Positions 19,359 through 29,567 of a stretch of DNA of 64,000 nt are shown here, in pieces. The notes beneath the pieces were generated by a model. That model worked only from the letters and a program-made list of their open reading frames with translations, was not told the origin of the DNA and made no database searches. This stretch comes from an uncultured bacterium (GTDB lineage: Bacteria; Fidelibacterota; Fidelibacteria; Fidelibacterales; Fidelibacteraceae), in the NCBI GenBank assembly GCA_964572745.1, contig CAZNFT010000001.1, positions 86,841 to 150,840 on the forward strand. The letters run 5' to 3'. Position numbers and translations under genes: made by a program. Positions within the stretch are counted from its first letter, which is position 1. Each line of letters starts with the position of its first letter.

Positions 19359-20357
19359 TCAATCAATTCCAATAGCAGATCGCAATCTATCCACAGTTGC
19401 AGAAGCGATAGTTCGTGCTTTTTCAGCGCCTTCTTTAAGAATTTTTTCTATATGTGTGGGGTCTTCCATCAACATGTCATACTTTTCTCTCATGGGTGAA
19501 AAGTGTTCTTCCATGATTTCAAATAATTCTTGTTTTGCATGACCCCAGCCCATGCCACCGGCCAAATAACGCTCGCGAGCAGCTTGCTGTTCTTTTTCAT
19601 TTGCAAACAGTTTATATAAAGTAAATACATGCGATTCGTCAGGATTTTTAGCTTCTTCAACTTCCTGAGAGTTGGTGACGATTTTCATGATGATCTTGCG
19701 GAATTTCTTGGGAGCTAAAAATAAGGGAATAACATTATCGTAACTTTTGCTCATTTTACGACCATCTAAACCCACAACAACCTGCGTGCTTTCACTGATC
19801 ACAGCTTTGGGAACGACTAGTAAGTCTTTGCCATAAGTATGGTTTAATGACTGGGCAATATCGGCGCAGATCTCAACATGCTGTTGTTGGTCTTTGCCAA
19901 CCGGAACAAAATTTGTATCGAACAAAAGGATATCTGCGGCCATAAGAACCGGATAAGTATATAATCCCATATTAATGCCGGAATCCGGATCGTTACCAGC
20001 ATCAATGTTTTCTTGAACACAGGCTTTATAGGCATGCGCTCTATTCATTAAACCTTTTGATGTAAAAGCCATTAGCATGGTCGTTAATTCAAAAGTTTCA
20101 GGTACATCTGACTGGCGGTAAAACATCATTGTTTCGGGATCAAGTCCGCATGCCAACCAGCTTGCGGCGAGTATGTGAGTCATTTCTTTTAATTGTGCAG
20201 AGTCCTTTACCGTATTTAGAGCATGATAATCTGCAATAAAATATCGGGCATCGAAATTATTAGCTAACTCTATAGCAGGTTTAATGGCACCAAAATAATT
20301 CCCAATATGAGGTGTGCCCGTGGGTTTAATTCCTGTTAAACAAACTTTGCGACTCAT
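19359..20357 (-). CDS. trpS: Tryptophan--tRNA ligase
   Basis: 332 aa with HIGH-type TPHIGNY and KMSKS motifs. Class-I TrpRS length. Confidence 0.95.
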   Translation of the reverse strand: MSRKVCLTGIKPTGTPHIGNYFGAIKPAIELANNFDARYFIADYHALNTVKDSAQLKEMTHILAASWLACGLDPETMMFYRQSDVPETFELTTMLMAFTSKGLMNRAHAYKACVQENIDAGNDPDSGINMGLYTYPVLMAADILLFDTNFVPVGKDQQQHVEICADIAQSLNHTYGKDLLVVPKAVISESTQVVVGLDGRKMSKSYDNVIPLFLAPKKFRKIIMKIVTNSQEVEEAKNPDESHVFTLYKLFANEKEQQAARERYLAGGMGWGHAKQELFEIMEEHFSPMREKYDMLMEDPTHIEKILKEGAEKARTIASATVDRLRSAIGID

Positions 20358-21166
20358 TATTTTTCCTTTCTGATAAGCATATCTATAGAATAGATACCTT
20401 CAAGCATTTTATGTAATTTTTCAGAATAATGATTTGCTTGAGGATCAAAAGAATTCAGTTTCACTTCACCCGAAGAATGAATGTATTCAGGAGATCTACG
20501 CATAATGGCGACATGTGTAATATTGCCCTTGGCATTTTGATAGAAGGCAAGATCTCCCGGTTGGGCATCTTCGATACTAAGGGGATGCTTTTTAAGAACC
20601 TTGATCTGTTGAGAGGCATCTCGTGGTAATTCTAATCCTGCAATTTTAAAGCTCATTTGAGTTAAACCCGAGCAATCACAGCCGTTTTCTGTTTTACCAC
20701 CCCAAAAATAGGAACAGCCTAAAAGTTTACCCGCAGTGCATAAAATGATATCGCGTGGATCTGTAACGGTCAATTCTTTTTGTTGCAAAAAAGCCCGCGA
20801 TCCATCAGGCATTAATACTTCGTATATATCATTATCTCTTTTTAGATAGGGAAATAAAGCTCCAAGAGCAGCGACTGCTTTACGCGGTGTTTTCATGTCT
20901 ACGCTTTCATAGAGAGAAAGAAAAGGCGTATGAATCAGAATCTTGGGTAAAGTAATTATCATATCTTCCATATCTTTTGAAAGACCCAAGGTGGAGAAAT
21001 TCTGACACCAAGCTTCATATCCATCCGGGAGTTTTAATTTTATCCAATCACCTTCTTGTTGAAGGACTTCGGCAATTTCCCACATAATACCCTGAGTTAC
21101 TAGCTGAGAAGAAAATCGAGCTTCCTCATACATGTTAGCAAAAGGTGTTTTAATGATCTTTTTCAT
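20357..21166 (-). CDS. NlpC/P60 (C40) cell-wall peptidase with N-terminal SH3-like domains
   Basis: 269 aa. Catalytic Cys block GCDCSGLTQMSFKIAGLELPRDASQQ and downstream His (ITHVAIM). Confidence 0.85.
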   Translation of the reverse strand: MKKIIKTPFANMYEEARFSSQLVTQGIMWEIAEVLQQEGDWIKLKLPDGYEAWCQNFSTLGLSKDMEDMIITLPKILIHTPFLSLYESVDMKTPRKAVAALGALFPYLKRDNDIYEVLMPDGSRAFLQQKELTVTDPRDIILCTAGKLLGCSYFWGGKTENGCDCSGLTQMSFKIAGLELPRDASQQIKVLKKHPLSIEDAQPGDLAFYQNAKGNITHVAIMRRSPEYIHSSGEVKLNSFDPQANHYSEKLHKMLEGIYSIDMLIRKEK

Positions 21167-21179
21167 ATATAGACTCCAA

Positions 21180-22706
21180 TTATTTGATTAGCAAGTAAGC
21201 CAGGCCACCTAAAAGTCCTCCGGCCAGCGTATTGCAAAAATTAACAAAATCATTATTGATCTTTTTATAACCACTTGCAAGTGGAATATTTTTATTCTCG
21301 CAATGTGAGGTTTTTTCTGTAAGTTTTTTGCAAGTAGGACAATGATATTGGGCTTGCACGCTTGCACCAAGGAAGGAATCAACAAAAGCCCCTATCAGAC
21401 CGACTATAGAAATTAGTAAAACAGCAGTCCAGGTCATATTAATTCCAGCAAAATATAAAAGAGAATATTTTCCTACAAGCGCAATTAAAAAAGCTCCTGT
21501 AAAGGCACCGACAGTACCAATAATAGTAAGTCCGCCCGAAGTTCCCTGCGGTACTTTTTTGAAATTAAGTATGGATATGGGATCATGTGAAGAAAAAGCA
21601 CCGATCTCAGTTCCCCATGTATCAGCTGTCGCTGCCGCAATAGAGCCAAGGAAGATCATATACCAAAAGAGTTCAGTCGTATTTAAAAAATGCCAACACA
21701 TGGTGGCGATCATTGCCACACCTCCATTGGCAAAAACCTGAAAAATATCCCGTTTGCCGGTTTTTTCAAAAACTGTGGCTAGCTTTTTTTTATGTTTTTT
21801 ACCCATTTTTGTAAAAATGCTAGAGAAGAAAAAGAATACCGCAATGGGTAACATCCACTCGACTCCACCAAGTCCAAAGACAACCGTTCCCAAAAGCCAT
21901 GCGCCCACTGCGCCCGAAAGACTCAAGGCACTACTTGCATAAGCAATAGTTGCAATAGCAACGGTAAGAGACATCCATATCATCAGGTGAGTTTGAAATT
22001 CGGGTGCTCCGTTATATAAAGCATCCAAAATAACACCTGCACCCAAGGGAACCATTAAATTATCAGTACCTTTATGGGAGATGGTTTCAGCTCCGGCAGA
22101 GAAAAAACCGGCAAAAAGGCCAAATACGATGGCAATTGACCAAGTAATATCAGCTTGATGTGGAAAAACGTCTCTGAAGATCTTCATGCTTAGGACAGCT
22201 ACAACAAAAGAGACCAGGAACATTGATAAACTGCCCTGCACAGATTTTTTCTCGGTAAGAATAGTAAATCCCAAAGGTTTTTTTCTTGATTCTCCCACCC
22301 AAGAAGCGACAGGGTCACCAAAGGACATGATCAACATAGCTGTCAAGAGAATTGCCGGATCCTTATCCCAAAACCAGCAGACAAGAATGAAAAAAGCAAT
22401 AGGGAAATAAACAGTTCCATATGAAACTCGACTGGTTTCATGTATGCTTTTAAGTAAATTCAGTTTAATTGCAATAAAATTTAAAATGGCAAATAACAAA
22501 GCAATGATTAAAACCGGTGTTTTGCTTTCAATAAAAAAAGGAGCAGCACAGGTTAAACATCCAACAAAAATATGAACTAATCTACGCGTAACATGGGGAT
22601 GTACATCCAGCTTTTTAAGTAAAAGAGTTGCAATACCCAGGAACACCGTAATTCCTGCTAAGAAGATTAAAAATAGTCCCCAATCCGACCTAAAAAGAAA
22701 ATTCAT
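21180..22706 (-). CDS. Fusion membrane protein: CTP-dependent polyprenol/phytol-kinase-like domain + DUF92 (TMEM19/VTE6-like) domain
   Basis: ORF 21180..22751, likely start MNFLFRSDW at 22706. N-half has RRLVHIF...SFGDPVASWVG (dolichol/phytol kinase family pattern). C-half has ATADTWGTEIG...GGLT (DUF92 pattern). Polytopic throughout. Confidence 0.6.
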   Translation of the reverse strand: MNFLFRSDWGLFLIFLAGITVFLGIATLLLKKLDVHPHVTRRLVHIFVGCLTCAAPFFIESKTPVLIIALLFAILNFIAIKLNLLKSIHETSRVSYGTVYFPIAFFILVCWFWDKDPAILLTAMLIMSFGDPVASWVGESRKKPLGFTILTEKKSVQGSLSMFLVSFVVAVLSMKIFRDVFPHQADITWSIAIVFGLFAGFFSAGAETISHKGTDNLMVPLGAGVILDALYNGAPEFQTHLMIWMSLTVAIATIAYASSALSLSGAVGAWLLGTVVFGLGGVEWMLPIAVFFFFSSIFTKMGKKHKKKLATVFEKTGKRDIFQVFANGGVAMIATMCWHFLNTTELFWYMIFLGSIAAATADTWGTEIGAFSSHDPISILNFKKVPQGTSGGLTIIGTVGAFTGAFLIALVGKYSLLYFAGINMTWTAVLLISIVGLIGAFVDSFLGASVQAQYHCPTCKKLTEKTSHCENKNIPLASGYKKINNDFVNFCNTLAGGLLGGLAYLLIK

Positions 22707-22921
22707 TAAATACCTCAAATTAATGCAGGATATTACAAGAAAAAGCGTCAAATTACAATTGATAATTCGTCAATAATAAATGATAAAATACTTTTACAGC
22801 GGCTATATCTAATGTAAAGGAAGTAATTATATTTCATCTATTTTATCTTTTTCTTATGCTTTAATACTTTGAATTAGTATTAATTCTCAATACTTTTGAC
22901 TTAATATCAGGAGATTATCAA

Positions 22922-25036
22922 ATGATTGATTCAATCATTGTTGGCTTATTACAGAATGTAGCTGTTTTACTAACTTTTTGTTTGGTATATGATTATATCT
23001 GGAAAAAAGATAAAGAGATCCAAACTGTTCCCAGAAAAGTCCTTGCAGGTGTATTAATTGGAAGTTTGAGCTTGCTTTTAATGCTAACACCATATCATTT
23101 GTCAGCGGAAATTATGATTGATAGTCGCACTGTATTATTAGCAATATCCGGGCTTTTCTTTGGTTTTTTACCCACCATAATAGCCATGTGCATTACTGTT
23201 CTCTATCAATTTACAATTGAGGGTAATAGCTTGTTGATTGGTGTTGCTTTTACATTAATAGCAGGTTTTTGTGGCTTAACATGGCGACAGTTTTTTCCTC
23301 CTCGAGAGATTAAAAAACCTTTTTATTGTCTTTTTATACTTGCTTTGCTTGTTCATCTGCTTGAACTGGCTAGTGTGTTACTTTTCCTTAAAAACATCTC
23401 GTTTTCTGATTTTAAGGAAATTGCTATACCCTTGGTCCTTTTATATCCTGCTTTTACGGTATTACTTGGTATGTTGTTTTTGAGTCGATGGAGAATTTGG
23501 CAACATAGTCAAGAAACACGACAAGAAGAATTACAATATCGTGCCCTTTTTGAAAATGCCGGAGAAGCTATAGTGATAGCTCAAAAAGGCAAGATCTCCT
23601 TTGCCAATAAACGTATGACTGATATCTTGGGTGTCCCTCCTGATGAATCCAGGAGAAAAGCTTTTACTTCTTTTGTTCATCCTGATGATCGAGATTTAGT
23701 TTATCAGCGTCATTTGAAGCGTATTAAAAAACTGGATGTACCCAGTAGATATTCATTTAGAATGATTACCAAGCAAAATAAATTATTATGGGTAGATATA
23801 AACTCTGTATATTTTGAGTGGAATGGTGAGCCGGCATCTTTAAGCTTTTTGTCAGATGTAACAGAGCATCGCGAAGCTGAAAGACAGCTTATTCTTGCTA
23901 AAAATAAGGCAGAGGAAAGCGATAGAATAAAATCAATTTTTCTTGCAAATATGAGTCATGAGATCAGAACACCCATGAATGCCATTGTAGGATTTTCTGA
24001 CCTTCTTTCTAAGGATTCCCTAAGCGAGGCTAAAAGAAAACCTTATTTTGAAATGATCCATTCAGCCGGTAAACAGCTTTTGCATATTATTAATGATATT
24101 ATTGATGTTTCTAAACTGGAAGTAAATCAATTGAGACTGAATAAAGAAAATGTAAGATTAGATGATATTTTCAAACAGAGTATTGATATGTTTCAAAGCT
24201 CGTCACTATTTATTGAAAAGAAAAATGTTGAATTGATCCTAAATTTTCCATCTCCAACAAAAGAATTCATGGTTTATGCTGATCCTTACAGGATACGCCA
24301 AATTCTTGATAATCTATTATCGAATGCGATTAAATATAGCAATACAGGTAGTGTTGAGCTTGGATATACACTGACCGAGAAAGCAAGATCTCTTGTTCTT
24401 TTTACGTATGTAAAAGACACGGGTCCCGGTATTCCGGAAGATAAAAAGACTATGGTTTTCAAAAGATTTCGTCAGGTAGAGGAAGATCGCTATCGGGAAG
24501 GTACCGGCTTGGGTTTGAGTATTACAAAAGGTATTATTGATTTAATGGGTGGGGAAATTGATCTTGAATCCCAAGTTGGCGTGGGGTCGAAATTCTTTTT
24601 TAGCCTAGAACTTGAAAAAGCAAAGGAGCTTCAGCTTATGGACAATAATGAAATAAATGCTATCCCGGATTTGAAGGATATAAACATATATATAGCAGAA
24701 GATGATTATACCTCATTTTTTTTGATAAAAGAATATCTGAACGAAACAAATGCCAGGATATCTTACGCTTATGATGGTGAAATCCTGATGGAGATGCTCG
24801 AAAAAGAAGTCCCCGATATTTTACTTTTAGACATTAATATGCCCAAAAAAGATGGATATGCTTGTCTTGAAGAGATAAAGAATAAGAATTATTCCGTAAA
24901 AATAATTGCCCAAACAGCCTATGCCATGGAAAATGAAAAAGATCGTTGTTTGGCTTCGGGATGCCATGGCTATGTGTCTAAACCAATAGATGCACTTGCT
25001 CTCTACAAAGAAATTCAAAAAGTTCTCCAGAGATAG
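22922..25036 (+). CDS. Hybrid sensor histidine kinase / response regulator (5TM sensor - PAS - HisKA - HATPase - REC)
   Basis: 704 aa. H-box FLANMSHEIRTPMNAI, G-boxes DTGPGI / GTGLGLSI, C-terminal receiver (LLLDINMPKKDG). Confidence 0.9.
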   Translation: MIDSIIVGLLQNVAVLLTFCLVYDYIWKKDKEIQTVPRKVLAGVLIGSLSLLLMLTPYHLSAEIMIDSRTVLLAISGLFFGFLPTIIAMCITVLYQFTIEGNSLLIGVAFTLIAGFCGLTWRQFFPPREIKKPFYCLFILALLVHLLELASVLLFLKNISFSDFKEIAIPLVLLYPAFTVLLGMLFLSRWRIWQHSQETRQEELQYRALFENAGEAIVIAQKGKISFANKRMTDILGVPPDESRRKAFTSFVHPDDRDLVYQRHLKRIKKLDVPSRYSFRMITKQNKLLWVDINSVYFEWNGEPASLSFLSDVTEHREAERQLILAKNKAEESDRIKSIFLANMSHEIRTPMNAIVGFSDLLSKDSLSEAKRKPYFEMIHSAGKQLLHIINDIIDVSKLEVNQLRLNKENVRLDDIFKQSIDMFQSSSLFIEKKNVELILNFPSPTKEFMVYADPYRIRQILDNLLSNAIKYSNTGSVELGYTLTEKARSLVLFTYVKDTGPGIPEDKKTMVFKRFRQVEEDRYREGTGLGLSITKGIIDLMGGEIDLESQVGVGSKFFFSLELEKAKELQLMDNNEINAIPDLKDINIYIAEDDYTSFFLIKEYLNETNARISYAYDGEILMEMLEKEVPDILLLDINMPKKDGYACLEEIKNKNYSVKIIAQTAYAMENEKDRCLASGCHGYVSKPIDALALYKEIQKVLQR

Positions 25037-25047
25037 AAGGCAGCACA

Positions 25048-26034
25048 TTGAATAAAAAGATTATCTGGGGTGTTATTGGAGCAGGTTCGGTATGTGAAAT
25101 AAAAAGTGTGCCTGCAATGTATAAACTTCCAGGTTCTCGGGTAAAAAGTATTATGCGCAGAAACGCATTTGCTGCTGAGGATTTTGCAAAACGCCATGGG
25201 GTACATTCCTGGACCCAAAATGCTGATTTCCTATTTAAAGACAATGAAATTAATGCAATCTATATTGCTACTCCGCCTGATACTCATGCTTATTACACCA
25301 AAAAAGCTGCGCAAGCCGGGAAAATAGTTTATGTTGAAAAGCCCATGGCAAGAGATCATGATGAATGCATAAAGATGATCTCTGTTTGTGAAAAGTATGC
25401 TGTGCCACTTTTTGTTGCCTATTACAGACGAGCCCTTCCTCATTTTTTAAGAATTAAAAAATTAATTGATTCAGGATATTTGGGGAATATTCAAAAAGTT
25501 GATATCTTTTTTAATCGTTCACTTCGAGATATGGAAAAAGATCATCCAGAAAAAATATGGAGACTGAATCCCAAAGTTTCCGGTGGTGGGTATTTTCATG
25601 ATCTGGCCTCACATCAACTAGATCTTTTGGATTTCTTTTTTGGACCTGTAATAAAAGTTCAAGCTTGCGCTAAGAATGTTTCAGGTTATTACAGCGTTCC
25701 TGACAATGTTCGGGCAGACTTATTATTTAAGGATAATGTAGTGGCTAAGGGATATTGGAATTTTGCTTCTTCAAAAACGGAGGTCAAAGACGAGATTCTT
25801 ATTGAGGGTGACAAAGGACATCTTGCTTTTTCAACATTTGCTCATACAAGAATAAGCGGAGTATCTGATGATTTTGGAGCGATCAATGAAAGTTATCAGC
25901 TTCCTCAACATATTCAGGAATGTCTGATTAAGACGATCATTTTAGAGATTCAGGGCAAGGGAAAATGCCCAAGTACAGGAGTGTCCGCTGCCAGAACATC
26001 AAAAGTAATGGATATTGTCTGTAATTATCCTTAG
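25048..26034 (+). CDS. Gfo/Idh/MocA family NAD(P)-dependent oxidoreductase
   Basis: 328 aa with TTG start. Rossmann start IIWGVIGAGSV and EKPMA motif. Confidence 0.8.
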   Translation: MNKKIIWGVIGAGSVCEIKSVPAMYKLPGSRVKSIMRRNAFAAEDFAKRHGVHSWTQNADFLFKDNEINAIYIATPPDTHAYYTKKAAQAGKIVYVEKPMARDHDECIKMISVCEKYAVPLFVAYYRRALPHFLRIKKLIDSGYLGNIQKVDIFFNRSLRDMEKDHPEKIWRLNPKVSGGGYFHDLASHQLDLLDFFFGPVIKVQACAKNVSGYYSVPDNVRADLLFKDNVVAKGYWNFASSKTEVKDEILIEGDKGHLAFSTFAHTRISGVSDDFGAINESYQLPQHIQECLIKTIILEIQGKGKCPSTGVSAARTSKVMDIVCNYP

Positions 26035-26061
26035 TATAAACTGAACGGAAGGAATAATGAA

Positions 26062-26727
26062 ATGCTTAAAATTACCATAGTTTACGATAATACTGTTTGC
26101 AAAGAAGGCTTGAAACCTGACTGGGGTTTTGCTGCAATTGTTGATATTGATGAACACAGGATCCTTTTTGATGCCGGTGCTGATGGACATATTTTATTAA
26201 ACAACATGAAAGTTTGTGGAGTTGATCCCAAGTCTGTAGATACTGTATTTATTTCACATCACCATTTTGATCACACAGGTGGTCTGGCAGCTTTTATTCA
26301 TGAAAATCCGGAAGTAGAAGTTTATGTTCCGACGTCTTTACGCGGTCTTCGTCGTGCTAAGGCAATACACCATATTTCCGAGGCGAGAGAAATATTTAAG
26401 AATGTTTATAGCAGTGGAGAGCTCAAGAATATTGAACAATCAATGTTTATTGAAACACCGCAAGGTTTAGTCGTGATTGCCGGTTGTTCACATCCCGGCG
26501 TCGATGCTATTCTTGAGAAAGCCCGAAAATATGGTCAAATTTATTTCCTTTTTGGGGGATTTCACGGTTTTAGGGATTTTAATTTGTTAAAAGATATAGA
26601 CTTTGTTTGTCCGACTCATTGCACGCAACAAATAAAAAAAATTGTGGAGATTTACCCCGAAAAATATATAAAAGGCGGTGCAGGACGTGAAATAAGCCTG
26701 CCTATTAAACAAGAAAGAGAACTATGA
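26062..26727 (+). CDS. MBL-fold metallo-hydrolase (COG1237-like)
   Basis: 221 aa with HHHFDHTGG metal motif. Confidence 0.8.
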   Translation: MLKITIVYDNTVCKEGLKPDWGFAAIVDIDEHRILFDAGADGHILLNNMKVCGVDPKSVDTVFISHHHFDHTGGLAAFIHENPEVEVYVPTSLRGLRRAKAIHHISEAREIFKNVYSSGELKNIEQSMFIETPQGLVVIAGCSHPGVDAILEKARKYGQIYFLFGGFHGFRDFNLLKDIDFVCPTHCTQQIKKIVEIYPEKYIKGGAGREISLPIKQEREL

Positions 26728-27584
26728 AAACCTATTTAAAATGCATCCCCTGTTTTGTAAAACAAGCCTTGAGTGTAGCCGAAATAAGCTTTGACGACGA
26801 TAGAGACATAAAAGATCTATTGGATAAGGTCGGTTGCCGAATTAAAGATATTGATATGAGTTTTACACCACCGGAAATGGGGATGATAATATATGATGAG
26901 TTGAACAAGATTACCGGGATTGATGATCCTTATGCACAAGAAAAAGCAGCTCATATCAAAGAAGCCAAGCGTTTATATCCTATGCTGAAAGAAAGACTTT
27001 CTAAGGCAGATGATCCTCTCTTAATGGCAATTCGCATTGCTATAGCAGGAAATGTGATGGATCTTGGCATGGACAAAAAATTTCATGTAGAAAAAGACCT
27101 TGAACATATCTTGCAACAAGATTTTGCTATTTGTGATTATCAAGCATTTAAGGAAGTTCTTGAAAAAAGTGAAGAGGTCCTTTATTTAGGAGATAATTCA
27201 GGCGAATCTGTTTTTGATAAAATATTGATAGAAGAATTAAAAATTCCTGTAACTTATGTAGTAAGAGGAAAACCTGTTATTAATGATGTGACCTACGATG
27301 ATGCTGTTGCATCGGGATTGGATGAAGTGGCTGAGATCATTTCTTCGGGGACTCCGGCACCGGCCACCATACTAAGATTATGTAATGACGATTTTTTGAG
27401 AAGATTTAATAAAGCAACAATAATCATTGCAAAGGGTCAGGGTAATTATGAAGGTCTTTCTGAAACGGATAGACCTGTATTCTTTTTATTGAAAGCTAAG
27501 TGTCCTGTTATTGCCGAAGATATTGGTGTAAAAGAAGATGATATTGTCTGCAAGTATGCCTTGAAAAATAAAAGAGGACAATAA
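26724..27584 (+). CDS. DUF89 (ARMT1-like) metal-dependent phosphatase family protein
   Basis: 286 aa. N-terminal CIPCFVKQ, GDNSGESVFD and KGQGNYEGLSE blocks are typical of DUF89. 4-nt overlap with the MBL gene. Confidence 0.8.
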   Translation: MKTYLKCIPCFVKQALSVAEISFDDDRDIKDLLDKVGCRIKDIDMSFTPPEMGMIIYDELNKITGIDDPYAQEKAAHIKEAKRLYPMLKERLSKADDPLLMAIRIAIAGNVMDLGMDKKFHVEKDLEHILQQDFAICDYQAFKEVLEKSEEVLYLGDNSGESVFDKILIEELKIPVTYVVRGKPVINDVTYDDAVASGLDEVAEIISSGTPAPATILRLCNDDFLRRFNKATIIIAKGQGNYEGLSETDRPVFFLLKAKCPVIAEDIGVKEDDIVCKYALKNKRGQ

Positions 27585-28030
27585 TGAAAAAGACTAAAGT
27601 TGGCATTATTATTTGTCATCGCTATCATAGGTGTGCAGGCGGGAAATGTTTTCGGGCTTTGCGTGAACGCGAAGGTGCTTTTAAGCGCTATTCTAAAGAC
27701 GAAGAATTGGAGGTCGTTGGTTTTACTTCTTGTGCTGGTTGTCCCGGTGGAAATATTGAATATTCTCCCGAAGAAATGATCAAGAATGGAGCAGAGGTCA
27801 TTCATCTGGCAACCGGTTTGATCGTTGGCTATCCACCTTGTCCTCGTATTGAGCAATTTAAAAAGTTCATTGAAGTGAGATACAAAATACCTGTTGTGCT
27901 TGGTACACATCCAATTCCGGAAAAATATCATCTTGTCCATAAAGAACTTGCTACATGGAAAAGTGCTTGGTGGAAAAAATTGCTAGTAGATTTAAATGAT
28001 CCTTTAGAGATCAGAAAGAGTTACGATTAA
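27584..28030 (+). CDS. CGGC-domain protein (Cys-rich)
   Basis: 148 aa. CHRYHRCAGGKCF ... FTSCAGCPGG pattern. Start overlaps the preceding stop by 1 nt. Confidence 0.75.
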   Translation: MKKTKVGIIICHRYHRCAGGKCFRALREREGAFKRYSKDEELEVVGFTSCAGCPGGNIEYSPEEMIKNGAEVIHLATGLIVGYPPCPRIEQFKKFIEVRYKIPVVLGTHPIPEKYHLVHKELATWKSAWWKKLLVDLNDPLEIRKSYD

Positions 28031-28032
28031 TC

Positions 28033-28974
28033 ATGATATATAAATATCTGTTTGGACCTGTTCCCTCTAGACGCCTTGGTATTTCTTTAGGACTTGATCT
28101 TTTACCTCATAAAGTTTGCACTCTAAATTGTGTTTATTGTGAATGTGGCGCTACTACTGATCTTACGCTCGAACGCAAGGAATATGTCCCCTATAAAACT
28201 GTAATCCGGGAACTGGATGATTATTTAGCTCACCATCCTGAGCCGGATTATATTACTTTTTCCGGTGCGGGTGAGCCGACTTTGAATTCAAAAATTTGCG
28301 ATATTGTTTCGCATATTACAAGGTATTATCCACAAATAAAAACTGCTATTCTCACAAATGCCAGCTTATTTTTTGATACTGAAGTAAGAAGATCTATATT
28401 GGAAGTTGATGTTGTTTTACCTTCAATAGATGCTGCAACTCGTGATGCATTTTTAAAAATAAATCGTCCACATCCAAAATTGGATTATCTTGAACATATA
28501 GAAAATCTGATAAAGTTTCGCAAAGAATTTAAAGGTCAGATCTGGTTGGAGGTTTTTCTATTAAAAGACTATAATGATAGTAAAGAAGATCTTAGTGCTT
28601 TAAAAAACGCAATAGAAAAGATCGGTGCAGATAGTGTTCAGTTAAATACTTTAGATAGACCGGGTGTTCTATCAAACCTTGAAGCTATTTCTTATAGTGA
28701 ACTTGAAAAAATAAAAGATCAATGGGGTCTGCCAAATGTCGTGATCATATCACCGGTATCTGAAAGAGAGAACAAAGAATCTTTTAGAGAAGATATTGAA
28801 AACGCTATTCTTGAAACAATTTCCAGACGACCTTGTACATTGACTGATCTTTCACATATTCTTGGCTTACATGAAAATGAAATAAATAAATATTTATCAA
28901 CATTAGATGCAAAAGATAAGATCCAAGCCTTGAATATGGAGAGGGGTTTATTCTATCAATCAAAGAAGAATTAG
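28033..28974 (+). CDS. Radical SAM protein (unknown substrate)
   Basis: 313 aa. GPVPSRRLGISLGLDLLP...CTLNCVYCEC (CxxxCxxC) followed by FSGAGEPTL. Confidence 0.85.
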   Translation: MIYKYLFGPVPSRRLGISLGLDLLPHKVCTLNCVYCECGATTDLTLERKEYVPYKTVIRELDDYLAHHPEPDYITFSGAGEPTLNSKICDIVSHITRYYPQIKTAILTNASLFFDTEVRRSILEVDVVLPSIDAATRDAFLKINRPHPKLDYLEHIENLIKFRKEFKGQIWLEVFLLKDYNDSKEDLSALKNAIEKIGADSVQLNTLDRPGVLSNLEAISYSELEKIKDQWGLPNVVIISPVSERENKESFREDIENAILETISRRPCTLTDLSHILGLHENEINKYLSTLDAKDKIQALNMERGLFYQSKKN

Positions 28975-29106
28975 CTGATGATATGGTATGAGAAATATTT
29001 TTGCTAAGTAAAAATATTAAAATAGGAATAATTTATTTTTTATTCTAAATATTGATGTTGGATGAATTTTAAGCTAAATTACTTAGCTTAAAGAAGATAG
29101 GACGAC

Positions 29107-29553
29107 ATGATAGCAGTTATTCAGCGCGTTGCAAAAGCAGATGTTAGCATAAACTCAAAAACCCGCGGCGAGATAGGCAAGGGTTTGTTGATCCTTCTTG
29201 GTGTTGCCGTAGGTGATAAGGAAGAAGATGCAGATTTTTTAGTCAATAAGATCTGTGGTTTAAGAATATTCTCAGATGATGATGGCAAGATGAATATTTC
29301 GCTTAAGGATAGTGGGGGATCTGCTTTGATAATATCGCAATTTACACTCTGTGGAGATTGGCGAAAGGGACGCCGTCCCAGTTTTACAAAAGCAGCAAAA
29401 CCCGAGGAAGGCAATAGACTTTATGAATACTTTTGCCGTGCAACCCAAGAGCAGGGAATTCATGTAGAAACAGGAGAGTTTGCTGCTATGATGAATGTTT
29501 CTTTGATAAACGAAGGACCTGTAACTTTTGTATTAGACAGTAAACAAAAATGA
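29107..29553 (+). CDS. dtd: D-aminoacyl-tRNA deacylase
   Basis: 148 aa. MIAVIQRV...SQFTL...GRRPSF, full-length Dtd pattern. Confidence 0.9.
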   Translation: MIAVIQRVAKADVSINSKTRGEIGKGLLILLGVAVGDKEEDADFLVNKICGLRIFSDDDGKMNISLKDSGGSALIISQFTLCGDWRKGRRPSFTKAAKPEEGNRLYEYFCRATQEQGIHVETGEFAAMMNVSLINEGPVTFVLDSKQK

Positions 29554-29567
29554 TGATAGAGGAATAA

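Noticed and set aside
19047-19375. Two overlapping plus-strand ORFs (83 and 90 aa) with repeated peptide LSCYPV.../YPVILSTSNPSYPVIQSK
   Set aside because: They are translations of the 65-bp tandem repeat, so their periodicity is a DNA-level artefact.
27446-27940. 164-aa minus-strand ORF
   Set aside because: It is antisense to the well-supported DUF89 and CGGC genes and has no domain features. The same reasoning applies to 32286..32726 (antisense to the M24 peptidase) and to 12123..12617 (GC-rich frames antisense to hutU).
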